Positions 12,294 through 23,900 of a stretch of DNA of 64,000 nt are shown piece after piece. A program made the position numbers and the translations under genes. Each line of letters begins with the position of its first letter. Position 1 is the stretch's first letter. Below the pieces are notes generated by a model that was not told the DNA's origin, did no database searches, and saw only the letters and a program-made list of their open reading frames with translations. The stretch is from assembly GCA_047284725.1 (NCBI GenBank), contig JBJBEO010000001.1:288001-352000 (forward strand). Reading direction: 5' to 3'. Source of the DNA: Synechococcus sp. GTDB taxonomy: Bacteria; Cyanobacteriota; Cyanobacteriia; PCC-6307; Cyanobiaceae.

Positions 12294-13489
12294 CGACTCA
12301 GCAACCAGGCTCCTGCCGACCGCAGGCCCAATGATGCCTTGGGCAGGCGGGCTAAGTAGGTGAGACGCCGGAGCTTGAACGCAAGGGGGCCGGACAGGGT
12401 CATGCCCATGCCTGTGAGGGTGGCGTTACCTTTGCCGAGGCTCAACATCTCACCGAGATCGTTGAAGTGGAAGGCTGGCGGTTCTTGGTTTCGGCGCATG
12501 GCCATCACCGTCGCCATCGCAGCCTCTCCCTGCTGCATGGCGACCTGGGCGGTGCTGGGCCAAGGCTTGGAATGGCCATCAGCCGGCTGATGGATGCCTA
12601 GGTCGCCAATGACGACGCAATCGGGCAGGTCCTCGCTGCGCAGCTGTTCATCCACGGCTAAGCGCCCCTCGGTTTGGGAGAGCTCAGGGACGCAAGGAGG
12701 TCGTCGCGGCTTGCTGCCGGCGGTCCAGATCAGGCCCTTGTGATGCAGGGTGGTCTTCCGTCCATTCTCAGAGAAGAGGACGTTGTCGGCACTGATCGTT
12801 TCCACCCGCGCCTGGAGGTGGCAATGGATCTTCAGTCGTTTGAGAGTGACCAGGGCCTGTTCACGGTTGAAGGCACGCGCCAACGGCAGCACCTGATCAC
12901 CCTGCTCGATCAGGTGGATGCTGGCCCGGCCTTCGAGCAGGTCGGCCAGTTTGCAGGCCAACTCCACGCCGGTCGCCCCTGCTCCCACGATGACCAGGGC
13001 CGGGGTTGGATCTTCATCCGTTGAGCCGGTTCTGCTCAGGGTTCTGACAAGCTGTCGCACCCTGGACACATCCTCGAGGCTGTGGAAGTGGAGGGCATGT
13101 TCCTTCACCCCGGGAACACCGAAATCGTTGGGTTCCGAGCCTGTCGCCAGCACCAATTGCCCGTAGGTCAACCGTTGGCCTCCGAGGGTCACCACAGCGT
13201 GGTCCTGCCAGTGAATGGCGCTGACGCGATCCTGAATCAGAGCGATGCCTGAGCTCTGCAGAATGTCGTCGTAGCGGGGGGCCACTTCCCAGGCTTGGAG
13301 TTCGCCACTGAGCAGCTCATAGAGCAAGGGAAGGAATGCGAACTGTGGTTGAGGCTCCACAAGCACGATGGGGGGCCTGGGACGTTGACGACTCAGTTGC
13401 AGGGCCAGGGTCAGGCCTGCAAACCCTCCGCCAACGATCACGACCGGCGGAGCATCTGCCGATGCATGGCCGGTGGATGGGGCTGACAT
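12290..13489 (-). CDS. NAD(P)/FAD-dependent oxidoreductase, type-2 NADH dehydrogenase family
   Basis: VGGGFAG and VGAGATGVELA dinucleotide motifs, WTAG, TAQVAMQQG; start placed at ATG 13489. Confidence 0.85.
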   Translation of the reverse strand: MSAPSTGHASADAPPVVIVGGGFAGLTLALQLSRQRPRPPIVLVEPQPQFAFLPLLYELLSGELQAWEVAPRYDDILQSSGIALIQDRVSAIHWQDHAVVTLGGQRLTYGQLVLATGSEPNDFGVPGVKEHALHFHSLEDVSRVRQLVRTLSRTGSTDEDPTPALVIVGAGATGVELACKLADLLEGRASIHLIEQGDQVLPLARAFNREQALVTLKRLKIHCHLQARVETISADNVLFSENGRKTTLHHKGLIWTAGSKPRRPPCVPELSQTEGRLAVDEQLRSEDLPDCVVIGDLGIHQPADGHSKPWPSTAQVAMQQGEAAMATVMAMRRNQEPPAFHFNDLGEMLSLGKGNATLTGMGMTLSGPLAFKLRRLTYLARLPKASLGLRSAGAWLLSR

Positions 13490-13558
13490 GACAACGGCCG
13501 GACACTGATTGCGACCATAGACACCGCATCCCGACCGGCGACATTGGAGGATGGATGC

Positions 13559-14290
13559 ATGACTGATGCCCCCTCCGCAGCGACTGTCGCCGACGATTCC
13601 CTGGCTCTTGAGGCCCTGACGCCTCTTCAACGCCTTGATTGGGCCCGTCAGCGCTTCGGCGAGGGATTCGCGCTGACCACAAGCTTCGGCATTCAGTCGT
13701 CGGTGTTGCTGCACATGCTCAGCACCCTGGAGGGGGCTGAGCATGTGCCAGTGATCTGGGTCGATACGGGCTATCTGCCGGCCGAGACCTATCGCTACGC
13801 CGATCAGTTGTGTCAGCGCTTCGAGCTCAATTTGCAGATCGCCCAAAGTGTGATCTCACCAGCCCGGATGGAGGCTCTGCATGGCCGTCTGTGGGAAACC
13901 GGCAAGGTGGAGGACTTGGAGCTCTATCACCAATTACGCAAGGTGGAGCCCCTCGAAGCCACCATGGACGCCCTCAAGATCACCTGCTGGGCCAGTGGTG
14001 TACGCCGGGGACAGACCGATCACCGCAGCACCATGGGATGGCTGGAGCCGATCCGCGGCAGATTGTCCTTGCGACCAGTGCTCAGCTGGACGCCAAGAGA
14101 CGTTTTTTATTACATGCAGGAGCATGAGTTGCCGCAGCATCCCCTGTTCGAGCAGGGTTATTCCACTGTCGGTGACTGGCATTCCAGTGCCCCTGATGGT
14201 GGGGACCAGTCAGGGCGCCAGACCCGTTTTGGTGGCCTGAAACAGGAATGTGGCATTCATCTGCCGGGTGTGATGGGTGACGGAATCTAG
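13559..14290 (+). CDS. cysH: phosphoadenylyl-sulfate reductase
   Basis: TTSFGIQS, DTGYL, RKVEPL, GYSTVGD, C-terminal ECGIH. Confidence 0.95.
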   Translation: MTDAPSAATVADDSLALEALTPLQRLDWARQRFGEGFALTTSFGIQSSVLLHMLSTLEGAEHVPVIWVDTGYLPAETYRYADQLCQRFELNLQIAQSVISPARMEALHGRLWETGKVEDLELYHQLRKVEPLEATMDALKITCWASGVRRGQTDHRSTMGWLEPIRGRLSLRPVLSWTPRDVFYYMQEHELPQHPLFEQGYSTVGDWHSSAPDGGDQSGRQTRFGGLKQECGIHLPGVMGDGI

Positions 14291-14292
14291 GT

Positions 14293-14988
14293 ATGTCTGA
14301 CGGCGGCATCTGTCTGCTGATCGGCAACAGCCGCTGGCACTGGGCAACGCGCACGGACGCAGGGTGGAGGTTCGACCACACCGCCCCTGATCCTTGTCGC
14401 CTCGACCGACTGCCTCTCGACCGCTGGGCGGCCGTGGGGCCGGTCCCTGACCATGGTTCTCTGACCGCACCCAAGCAGTTGGGTCTGACCCATGTCCCGC
14501 TGCAAGGGATGCCTCCTTGGCTTGGTGTTGACCGTGCCTTGGCTGGGTGGGCCGCATGGCGGGCTGCTGCACCGTTGTCGTCTGGCGCTGGTGTGATCGT
14601 TGCCGATGCCGGCACTGTGCTCAGCCTCACCCGGGTGACGGCTGACGGAGGGTTCGCGGGGGGGCAGCTGGCTGCAGGACTGCGCTTGCAACTGAAGGCG
14701 ATGGCTGCTGGCACCCGCGATTTACCTCAGTCGGATGGCTGTGACCCATGGCCTGAGGAGGTGTTTCCGCAGGACACGTTGGCGGCCATGCAGCAGGGCT
14801 GTCTTCAGGCACTCCTGGGCCTGTTGCTGGAAGCCCAGCGCCACTGCCAATGGCCACTGTGGCTCTGTGGTGGCGATGCCCCCGTGCTGGTCAACGCGCT
14901 TGAACAGCGGGGGATCGCTGTGGTGCATGCCCCTGATCTTGTGATGCAGGGGATGGTGGGTTTGCTTAGCCCAGGCCCAGATCGCTGA
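14293..14988 (+). CDS. coaX: type III pantothenate kinase
   Basis: IGNSR, LGVDR, VADAGT, LCGGDA motifs. Confidence 0.85.
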   Translation: MSDGGICLLIGNSRWHWATRTDAGWRFDHTAPDPCRLDRLPLDRWAAVGPVPDHGSLTAPKQLGLTHVPLQGMPPWLGVDRALAGWAAWRAAAPLSSGAGVIVADAGTVLSLTRVTADGGFAGGQLAAGLRLQLKAMAAGTRDLPQSDGCDPWPEEVFPQDTLAAMQQGCLQALLGLLLEAQRHCQWPLWLCGGDAPVLVNALEQRGIAVVHAPDLVMQGMVGLLSPGPDR

Positions 14989-15433
14989 GGATCTGATCAG
15001 CCATGCTGTCGGCTTTCACTTTTCGATAAATCAACTCCAACTGGCCGTTGGCATCGACCACAAAGGTGTGGCGCATCATGCCCATGTATTCGCGACCCAT
15101 GAATTTCTTCAGGCCATAACTCTCATAGCTGCTTGCCACCGCACAGGGTTCCTCATCGGTGAGCAGGGTGAAGGGCAGCTCCTGTTTGGCAATGAAGCGC
15201 AGGTGGGAGGCTGCGTTGTCTTTGCTGATGCCCAGAACGGTGATGTCATGAGCCTTGAAGGCATCCCAGCGATCCCGGAAATTGCAGGCTTCCTTCGTAC
15301 AGCCCGGAGTGGCATCTTTCGGATAGAAGTAGATCACGACCCGTTTCCCTCTCAGGGATGACAGCTGCAACGATGCACCGTTCTGGTCCGGGAGTTTGAA
15401 ATCTGGTGCGGGATCACCGATCTGAAGTGCCAT
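14966..15433 (-). CDS. bcp: thioredoxin-dependent peroxiredoxin Bcp/PrxQ
   Basis: YFYPKDATPGCTKEAC. Confidence 0.95.
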   Translation of the reverse strand: MALQIGDPAPDFKLPDQNGASLQLSSLRGKRVVIYFYPKDATPGCTKEACNFRDRWDAFKAHDITVLGISKDNAASHLRFIAKQELPFTLLTDEEPCAVASSYESYGLKKFMGREYMGMMRHTFVVDANGQLELIYRKVKADSMADQILSDLGLG

Positions 15434-16113
15434 GGCGACAAGCTGAAAGGCCGCGGCGCAGCGTACCTGCGCTCTGGCTGGTGCCGCAGTGCCGTCCGCT
15501 TCCGGTTGTTTCGCTATCGGCACAAGAGCAGGCCTGGGGGAACGCCTTGCCTGATCCCAGGTGCGCTCAGTTCACCTGGTCACGCCAATGGATGCGTGCC
15601 TTGCTGGCTTCTCTGTTGCAGGTGTCCCCAGCGGCTCTTCCGCTCGTTGCGCCTCCCGGGGAGCCTCCTCGCTTGGCTGACGGCTGGGGTTTTGTCAGCC
15701 TCAGCCACTGCCGGGACGCGCTTGCAGTGGCTTGGGCACCGTGGCGGATCGGGGTGGATCTGGAACGGACCGATCGGGCCCTGTCCGTGACCGCCCTGGT
15801 GAAGCGCTTTTTCTGTGCTCACGAGCGCGATGCGCTGCTCGCAATGGAGCCCCCACGTCAGCGGGAAGCAGTGCTCGAGCACTGGTTGCTGAAGGAAGCA
15901 GCCATCAAGTGGCAAAGGGGCAGTCTCGGTCGAGATCTCAGCGACTGGTGCTGCAAAGCGGATCGCAGCGCTGTGATCCATCGCGTTCATGGCATGGAGT
16001 TACAGGCCCAACGCTGGAGACAGGCCGATTGGTCCCTTGCCCTGGTGGGAGAGGCGGCGGACATGGGCGAGAGTGCCAATCCCATGCATTCGGCCTTGCT
16101 CTGCCTAGCGTGA
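15406..16113 (+). CDS. 4'-phosphopantetheinyl transferase (Sfp type; start uncertain)
   Basis: SLSH, IGVDLE, WLLKEAAIK motifs. Confidence 0.85.
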   Translation: MRDHRSEVPWRQAERPRRSVPALWLVPQCRPLPVVSLSAQEQAWGNALPDPRCAQFTWSRQWMRALLASLLQVSPAALPLVAPPGEPPRLADGWGFVSLSHCRDALAVAWAPWRIGVDLERTDRALSVTALVKRFFCAHERDALLAMEPPRQREAVLEHWLLKEAAIKWQRGSLGRDLSDWCCKADRSAVIHRVHGMELQAQRWRQADWSLALVGEAADMGESANPMHSALLCLA

Positions 16114-16116
16114 ACG

Positions 16117-16650
16117 GTGGCTTCCGTTGGGGTGGTTGTGATGGGGTTCGGTGCGCATGCAATGCCGTCTTGTGTGGCCGCTGCTGCGCTGATCGGTCTC
16201 GGATTGTTGGGCATGCGGCAGCCTTTGTCGCCCTCCCAGGTTCCGTTTGTGTCTGCGGCGCCGCCGCCGGATTGGGCTGCGATTGACGAGGCATTGCATC
16301 ACCGCGAAACCACCCTGCATCAGCGTCGTGAAGCGGAGGAACTGCTGGGTCAGTTCATTCGTGGACAAATGACGCGTCACTATTGGGGACATTTCGCCTC
16401 GTCTTTGGCCGATCTGGGGATCAGCAGTGGTTCTCAACTACGGGCCCGGGTCGTCTCAAGCCCTGAAGGCAGTGAGTTGTTGCTGATGCCTAAACGTGGC
16501 AAAGAGGCCTATGCCGCTGTCGTTCGGCAACAGGGGCCACGCTTGGCCCGTTGGCAGTGCAGGGGCCCTGTCCCGATGCCTGGGGAGGAGCTGCGCATCG
16601 ACACGGGATGCCCGCAGGGATGGCAAACCATTGCCAATGACCAGGGCTGA
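16117..16650 (+). CDS. hypothetical membrane-anchored protein
   Basis: Hydrophobic N-terminal helix; co-oriented ORF filling the gap; start uncertain. Confidence 0.55.
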   Translation: MASVGVVVMGFGAHAMPSCVAAAALIGLGLLGMRQPLSPSQVPFVSAAPPPDWAAIDEALHHRETTLHQRREAEELLGQFIRGQMTRHYWGHFASSLADLGISSGSQLRARVVSSPEGSELLLMPKRGKEAYAAVVRQQGPRLARWQCRGPVPMPGEELRIDTGCPQGWQTIANDQG

Positions 16651-16860
16651 TTCGTCTCCAAAGCAGTTGATTTGGTGTTGTCTTTTGGAGTGAGGCATTG
16701 AAGTTCTGCGTTTGTTGCAAACGCAAAAACCTTGATGTGGGAATTGATTCCAGGCAGCGAAGATCCCTGCCGGATCATTGTTGGCCGTCTTGATGACAGA
16801 AGTGTTGGCAGTTTTTTTTGTGTTGTCTAAAAAAGGGTTGACGTCCTCTTTTTGCCGTCC

Positions 16861-17487
16861 GTGTTCAATCGTCTCGCAGCCGGCCTCCTCGCTGGCGCAA
16901 CTCTTTCCACCTTCGCTCTTGCAGCTGAAGCCGGCACCATGCGCCCTGTGCGTTGGAAGACCGGTGGCGCTGTTTGGACCACTACCTCCTCTGCTTTCAA
17001 CACCTTCTTCGAAGATGGTGAGATCACCGATCGTGGTCTTGAAGCAGGCATCAACGGTTCCGGCTGGACCGCGGATGAAATCCGCGACGGCATGACCGAA
17101 AACTATGACGTGGATCTGATCGGCGTTTCTCGCTTCCTCTATTCCGAGGAAGGCGAGCAGTTCCTCGACGAGCAGACCCGCAGCTACTTCCCCTACTGGA
17201 TGAAGAAGAAGACAGCTGTGGTCGCCCTGCGTTCCGCCATCATCGCCGACTCCGTCGATGGTCAGCTGTCGTCCGCCGGCATCATGCGCAATCTGCCTGT
17301 TGATTTCGCTCTGGCAGACAACGGTGCCTCCGATGGGGCTCAGAATGTCTGTAAGCCTGGTCTGGATGCGCCTCGCGACACCTCCCTGCTGTCTTGGTAT
17401 GTGTTCCTGCCCGCTTGCGTGCAGGCCAATCAGGTGGTCGACCCCGCTCCCGTGCGTCCTTCTGCACCGGTTCGTGGCCTCTGGTGA
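16861..17487 (+). CDS. exported conserved cyanobacterial protein (DUF1400-like)
   Basis: Signal peptide from GTG 16861, strong codon bias, APVRGLW C-terminus, followed by a terminator. Confidence 0.7.
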   Translation: MFNRLAAGLLAGATLSTFALAAEAGTMRPVRWKTGGAVWTTTSSAFNTFFEDGEITDRGLEAGINGSGWTADEIRDGMTENYDVDLIGVSRFLYSEEGEQFLDEQTRSYFPYWMKKKTAVVALRSAIIADSVDGQLSSAGIMRNLPVDFALADNGASDGAQNVCKPGLDAPRDTSLLSWYVFLPACVQANQVVDPAPVRPSAPVRGLW

Positions 17488-17514
17488 TTGGCGCAAGCGC
17501 CATTACCATTCTGC

Positions 17515-17541
17515 AGCCTCGGCATCGCCGGGGCTTTTTTT
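17515..17541 (+). terminator. rho-independent terminator
   Basis: agcctcggc-atc-gccggggct stem (with G-U pair) followed by a T run. Confidence 0.75.
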
Positions 17542-17550
17542 ATGTCGGCT

Positions 17551-19764
17551 TTATGTAGGCGATGGTGGCTTGATGCCGACGATGCGTTGATGATTCAGCA
17601 CTTGTGGCAGTTGTTGTGAGCCGGCCTGGTTCAACAGCCTGGTCAGCAAGGCGACTTCGCGCTTGCCTTGTGTCCCTGCGGCAAGCAGCTGACGGTAGGG
17701 ACGATCCTTCCCCAGCCAACGCTCCTTAAGTGCGCTGTCGACCGGCAGGCTGAGTCGTTCCTCCCACTGGTCATGCTGCAGTTGCCAACCCTGATGTTGT
17801 AGTGCTTCCAGGAAGCTCGCCTGAGTGCCCGGTGGCTTCAGCCAGGTCTGCTCTCGTTGCAGGAGCTGGTGCAGGAGTTCCTGCTCCTCGGTGTTGAGAG
17901 GAGAGAGTCCCTTGAGTTGACGCAGGGCTGCGGCTGGTCCAAGGCCGGCGTTGGTGAACAACAGGCGCAGTTGGCAACCTGCGCCGCATCGTCTCTGCAG
18001 CTGCTTGAGCATCGCCGGATGGCTGAGTCGCTCGAGATCCTGCCGATTCAGCCTTCCGCCAACGATTTCAAAGCAGTGATCAGGTGGGAGTGTTTCCAGA
18101 TCCCGGTGATCGCCGACCAAGTTTGGGCGTTGAAGGGGGTCGAGCAGCTGCAGTTGTGCCTTGAGGCGATTGATGGCGTTGTCGGTTGGACAGAGGATGG
18201 TGAGCCCGCCCTCAGCAACGTTGGCCAGGGGATCGAGGCTCCAGAGCAAGGAGGTTCCCCCCAACATCAGGACCCGGTCCGTGCGCTTCCAGCGCAGGTC
18301 TTGCCAGAGCTTGCTGCGTAAATCCTGCAGTCGTTCGCCATCTTGACTGAGTTGGCGCTGCAGCCACCGCTCCATCTCTGGCACCTCGGGACCGCTGCTC
18401 ACCAGCAGGGGGTGCTCTTCGACAGCTTCGGCCGCGGCAGCCAGCTGGGCTGCACGGCGTTCCAGCATCCGTTGCCGTCGCTGGCCTTCCCAGCCTTGCT
18501 GACTGGGGGTCCAGAACACTTCTCCCTGTAGCGCAGTCGGGAGGTATTGCTGTGCAACCCAATGCTCCCGAAAGGCGTGGGGGTAGCGGTAGCCCTTGCC
18601 ATCGCCGAAGGCGTCGCCGTCGCGGTGGGCATCGCGTAGATGGCTTGGGACGTCCTGCCGGTCGCTGGCGCGGACGTGTTTAATCGCTTCGAAAAGACCG
18701 ATGGTGCTGTTGCTTTTCTCCGTGTTGGCGAGATACAGCGCTGCTTGGGCCAAGGGGTAAAGCCCCTCCGGAAGACCGATGCGTTCGAAAGCGGCTGCAC
18801 AGGCCTCCACCACCACAACGGCCTGAGGGTCGGCGAGACCGACGTCTTCTCCAGCTGCGATCAACATCCGCCGGAAGATGAAGCGCGGGTTTTCCCCTGC
18901 TTCCACCATGCGTGCCAGCCAGAAGAGGGCAGCGTCAGGATCGGAACCTCGCAGGGATTTGATGAAGGCGCTGATGGTGTCGAAATGGGCGTCGCCCTGT
19001 TTGTCGTACAGAACCGCCCGCTCCTGGATCGACTCCTCGGCGATGGTGAGGTTGATCTGAATGCTGTTGTCGTCATGGGGCGGTGTGCTCTCCACTGCCA
19101 ACTCGAGGGCGTTGAGGAGGCTCCGGGCATCACCGTTGGCGACGTTCACAAGATGATCGCTCGCTTCGTCGCTGATGTGCACCTGACGTTCGCCGTAACC
19201 CCGTTCTTGGTCGTTCAGGGCGCGCTGCAACAGATCGCGCAGATCGTTGGGGGCAAGGGTTTGCAGACGGAACAGGCGTGAACGGCTCACAAGGGCCTTG
19301 TTCACTTCGAAATAGGGGTTTTCGGTGGTCGCTCCGATCAGCGTCAGGGTGCCGTTTTCAACCCAGGGCAACAGTGCATCCTGCTGGGCGCTGTTGAAGC
19401 GATGCACTTCATCAATGAAGAGGATGGTGCGCAGACCATGGCGCTCGAGCCGTTGCCGGGCGTCATCCACTTCGTTGCGGAGATCCTTCACCCCCGCCAG
19501 AACGGCATTGAGACTGCTGAAGTGAGCGCGGGTGTGGTTGGCGATGATGCGCGCCAGGGTTGTTTTGCCGACTCCTGGTGGGCCATGGAGAAGGAGATTG
19601 CCAACGCGATCGGCGGCAATGGCGCGTCGGAGTAGGCGTCCCTCCGCCAGGATCGCGCCCTGACCGACGAATTCATCGAGGGTGCGCGGCCGCATCCGAT
19701 CCGCCAGTGGAGCCTGGCGTTGGCGCAGCTGATCGCCCTGATGGGAGAACAGGTCTGCCGTCAT
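17551..19764 (-). CDS. rarA: replication-associated recombination protein A (MgsA/RarA AAA+ ATPase) with C-terminal extension
   Basis: [51 protein letters not shown]. Confidence 0.92.
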   Translation of the reverse strand: MTADLFSHQGDQLRQRQAPLADRMRPRTLDEFVGQGAILAEGRLLRRAIAADRVGNLLLHGPPGVGKTTLARIIANHTRAHFSSLNAVLAGVKDLRNEVDDARQRLERHGLRTILFIDEVHRFNSAQQDALLPWVENGTLTLIGATTENPYFEVNKALVSRSRLFRLQTLAPNDLRDLLQRALNDQERGYGERQVHISDEASDHLVNVANGDARSLLNALELAVESTPPHDDNSIQINLTIAEESIQERAVLYDKQGDAHFDTISAFIKSLRGSDPDAALFWLARMVEAGENPRFIFRRMLIAAGEDVGLADPQAVVVVEACAAAFERIGLPEGLYPLAQAALYLANTEKSNSTIGLFEAIKHVRASDRQDVPSHLRDAHRDGDAFGDGKGYRYPHAFREHWVAQQYLPTALQGEVFWTPSQQGWEGQRRQRMLERRAAQLAAAAEAVEEHPLLVSSGPEVPEMERWLQRQLSQDGERLQDLRSKLWQDLRWKRTDRVLMLGGTSLLWSLDPLANVAEGGLTILCPTDNAINRLKAQLQLLDPLQRPNLVGDHRDLETLPPDHCFEIVGGRLNRQDLERLSHPAMLKQLQRRCGAGCQLRLLFTNAGLGPAAALRQLKGLSPLNTEEQELLHQLLQREQTWLKPPGTQASFLEALQHQGWQLQHDQWEERLSLPVDSALKERWLGKDRPYRQLLAAGTQGKREVALLTRLLNQAGSQQLPQVLNHQRIVGIKPPSPT

Positions 19765-19846
19765 GGCGAGATTTCCATTCACCAATTTTGACCCTGTTCG
19801 GATCATTTTTTTTGTTTTGCATACCCATAATTCGATTGGACATGGA

Positions 19847-20989
19847 GTGCCTGTGAACCGTTCCGTTCGAGCCGTGGGTCTGTTGTCGCTGGGACTCGTG
19901 CTCACGGCCTGTGGCCCTTCCGACCCGCAGCGTCCACCCGTGGCGGTGGAACAGGCTCCTGTGCAGAACGCCACATTCACGGATGACGTGGATACGGTGA
20001 GCACGCTTGAGGCCTATGAGCTGGTGCAGCTGGCCGCTCAGACCTCCGGCAGGGTGCTGGAGCTCAAGATCAGCCAGGGCGATCAGATTGAACCTGGCCA
20101 GCTGTTGGTGGTGCTGGATCAGACCCAACTGCGAGCCGACCTGGCCGCGCAGAAAGCCAAGGCGGCCACGGCCAAGCTCGACTGGCAGCGGGAGGAGTTC
20201 CTGGCGCGGGTTGGCGCCTCGTCGCTGCGACAGCGGGACAGCTACCGCACGCGATACATCTCCGCCGCCGAGGAGGTGAAATCGCTTGAGGCCACGCTGA
20301 GTTACAGCAACCTCCGCTCCCCTACGGGCGGCACTGTGGCCGATGTGCAGGTGAAAGTGGGCGATGTGGTGCAACGCAACCAGCCGTTCACCAGCGTGGT
20401 GAAGAACAACAGGCTGGAAGCACGGGTCGAAGTGCCGGCGGTGTTTGGTGAGCGTCTCGCCATCGGCCAGCCCGTTCTGCTCACGGCTCCAGGCAGCTCC
20501 AAGGTGCTGGCCACCGGCACAGTCGATTCGATTGACCCCCAGGTGAATGCTCTGACCCAGGGGCTCCTGGTGAAGGCTTTGTTTGCGAATGACGATGGCA
20601 AGTTGCGCAGCGGCCAGCGGCTGCGCACGCGTGTGCAGTTGCAGTCTCAGCAGAAGATGTCGGTGCCGTTTGCGGCCGTGACGCAGACCTCCGGACAGAG
20701 TTTCGTGTTCCGGATGGGCAGCTTTGAGGACCTGAAGTCCGATCCCGGTAAAGCCGACATCGAACGGATCAGCAAGGGCATTGAACTGGGCAAGTTGCCG
20801 GCCAATACGCTCTTCGCGCTGCAGACCCCCGTCACGGTGGGCGAGTTGCAAAACAATCGTTACCCCATCACCAAAGGGCTGAGCCTGAATCAGAAGGTGA
20901 TCACCACCAACCTGCTCAATCTCAAACATGGGATGCCGGTGCAGCTCAAACCGGCTGGGGCCTCCTCAGCCTCTGCTCCTAAGAACTGA
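19847..20989 (+). CDS. RND efflux periplasmic adaptor (lipoprotein)
   Basis: Lipobox LTAC, lipoyl-like halves (SGRVLEL..GD, SPTGGTV..GD); upstream of RND permease. Confidence 0.9.
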   Translation: MPVNRSVRAVGLLSLGLVLTACGPSDPQRPPVAVEQAPVQNATFTDDVDTVSTLEAYELVQLAAQTSGRVLELKISQGDQIEPGQLLVVLDQTQLRADLAAQKAKAATAKLDWQREEFLARVGASSLRQRDSYRTRYISAAEEVKSLEATLSYSNLRSPTGGTVADVQVKVGDVVQRNQPFTSVVKNNRLEARVEVPAVFGERLAIGQPVLLTAPGSSKVLATGTVDSIDPQVNALTQGLLVKALFANDDGKLRSGQRLRTRVQLQSQQKMSVPFAAVTQTSGQSFVFRMGSFEDLKSDPGKADIERISKGIELGKLPANTLFALQTPVTVGELQNNRYPITKGLSLNQKVITTNLLNLKHGMPVQLKPAGASSASAPKN

Positions 20990-20998
20990 GGCTGAGGC

Positions 20999-23900
20999 AT
21001 GTCTGCATCCAATAACTTCATCACCAGACCGGTCCTGAGCACGGTCTGCAGTCTTCTGATCGTGATCGTTGGCTTGATCGCGATTCCGATCCTGCCGATT
21101 GAGAATCTGCCGGATATTGCGCCGCCTACGGTGAAGGTCCAGGCCACCTACGTAGGGGCTGATGCTGTGTCGGTTGAACAGGGCGTCACCACCGTTTTGG
21201 AACAGCAGATCAACGGTGTCGAGGAGATGGATTTCATTACCTCCAATAGTTCATCGGATGGTGTGAGTTCGATCTCGGTGTCATTCAACAGTGGCACCGA
21301 TGGCAACATCAACCAAGTGAATGTTCAGAACCGCGTTTCGCTGGCTGAGCCGCAACTTCCGGAAGAGGTGCGCAAAGCCGGTGTCACGGTGAACAAGGCT
21401 TCGAATTCCATTCTGCTTGTTTATAACTTCGTTAATTCCGATCCTGACAAGACGGAATACAGCGTTGAGACCATCAGCGGTTACCTCGATAAGAACCTCA
21501 CGGACAACATCAAGCGGGTCCCAGGTGTGGGCGAGGTTACCTACTTCGGTAATCGCAAGGTGGCATTCCGTCTTTGGCTTGACCCCGAAAAGCTCGCCGC
21601 CAACGGCCTTACTCCCACCGATGTGGTGAACCAGCTCAGGAGCCAGAACCGACTGGTCCCTGCCGGCAAAGTGGGAGGTGCTCCCGCACCTGACGGCCAG
21701 GAGTTCACCTTCACGGTGCAACTGCAGGGGCGCCTCACCTCAGAGACGGAGTTTGAGAACATCGTGCTCAGGACCACTGCGGATGGTGGACTGATCAAGC
21801 TCCGCGATGTGGGTCGCGTCAGCCTCGGCGGTGAGACCTACGGCATCGATGCCATGGATCTCAATGGCATTCCATCGGTTGGTGTGGCTGTTTATCAGCT
21901 TTCCGGTAGTAACGCAATCCAAGTGTCGAACGGCGTCAAGGAGGTGATCGCTGACTTCGAGCAAACCCTGCCGGTGGGGCTTGAGTCCGAGGTGATTTAC
22001 GACACGACGGACTTCATTAACCAGTCGATTAAGGGGGTCACCAACTCTCTGCGCGATGCAGTGATTCTGGTCGTCCTCATTCTGTTCCTCTTTCTTCAGA
22101 ACTGGAAGGCAACGCTGGTTCCTGCCATTGCCATTCCAGTGGCACTGATCGGCACCTTCGCTCTCGTCCTGGCCTTCGGCTTCTCTCTCAACCAGCTCAC
22201 CTTGTTCGGGTTGGTTCTGGCGACTGGACTGGTGGTGGATGACGCCATCACCGTGGTTGAAGATACATCGGCGAAGAAGGCAGAAGGCCTGACATCGGTG
22301 CAGGCGGCCATGGCCACTATGGATGAACTGTTCAGCGCTGTGATCGCCACGTCATTGGTGAAGATGGCCGTGTTTCTGCCGGTTCTCTTTTTCCCTGGAG
22401 CGACAGGAACGATCTACAAGCAGTTTGCGGCCACGATTCTGTTTTCGATCGGTATCTCCACCTTCAATGCCCTGACGTTCTCTCCGATGCTGGCGGCGCT
22501 TCTGCTCTCACGGGAGACCAAGGAGCTCACCAAGCAGCAATACGCCACGGCAGGTGTCTGTCTCGGGTTTGTGTACGGCTTGCTCAGTGCCGGTGACGGT
22601 GCCGCCGTGGTGATCCTTCCTGCAGTGGTTGGAGCCCTGCTGGGCTTTGTGCTTTCAAAGCTCACTGGACTTTCCCTGCGTCTGCCTGGTGCCGTTGGAG
22701 GCGCTGTTGTCGGATTGGTGGTGGTGGGTGTCACCAATCTGATCCCTGTGGTGTTGTTCACCGCGATCGGGGGTGGTGTGGGTTGGTTTGTTCCTGTGAT
22801 CTTTGCCCGCTTCAACATCCTTTATGCCGCGTTTGAACAGCGGTATTCCAAACTGCTGGATCTGGTGCTGAAGGCACGCCCCGTGGTGATGGGAGCGTTG
22901 GCGGTGGGCATCTTGCTCACGGGCTTCGCCTTCACCCGAATCCCCGGAGGTTTTGTCCCGATCGAAGACCAGGGTTATGCCATTGGTTTTGTTCAGGCAC
23001 CGGATGGCGTGTCCAACGAAACGACTCTGGCCATCAACAGAAAGGTCGCAGAGGTGCTGCGCAGTGAAGACGACATCAAAGCGGCTGCATTGTTCAGTGG
23101 GGCTAGCCTCGATGGCAATGCTCCCAACAAGGGTCTGTTTTTCTTCGGTACCAAACACTGGGATGAGCGATCCGGCAATGAGCAAAGCGTCAAGGCGATC
23201 GTTGAACGTCTGAACAAAAAGCTGTTCATGACGGTGGATGGTGGTCGGGTGTTTGTGGTGGAGCCCCCGTCCATTCCCGGCTATGGCGCTGGGGGTGGCT
23301 TTGAATTCCAGTTGCTCGATCAGAGCAGCGGTGCCTATGCCCTCAATCAGTTCTTCGCATCTGCCGGTCAGATCATTCAGGCCGGTAATGCCAACCCGCT
23401 GCTGAATCGCGTCTACACCTTGTTCTCGCCTGAATCTCCTCAGATTGAGATCAAGGTGGACCGCGACAGAATGGCCTCGCTCGGCGTTGACTTCGGCACG
23501 GCGATGCAGGCCTTCAGTGTCAATTTTGGTGGGGCTTATGTCAATGACACGTTCCAGGAAGGCAAGGTACGCCGCGTCTATGTGCAGTCAGATGAGGCCA
23601 ATCGCGCCACGCCTGAACAGTTGTCCACCCTGTATGTGAAGAACATCAAGGGCGATCAGATTCCCCTTGCTGAATTCTTCACGGTGAAGCCCACCAATGG
23701 CCCAAGTGTGATTCCCCACTTCAATCTGTACCGCTCGATCAAGATTGAAGGGACGCCAGCGGCTGGGAGGAGTTCCGGTCAGGCGATTGGGACGATGAAG
23801 ACCCTGTTCACCGATGGCAACTTCCAAGGGCTTGGTTTTGACTGGACCGGGATCTCAAGAGAGGAGGTGAAGGCAGGATCTCTGGCTGTGGTGATCTTTG

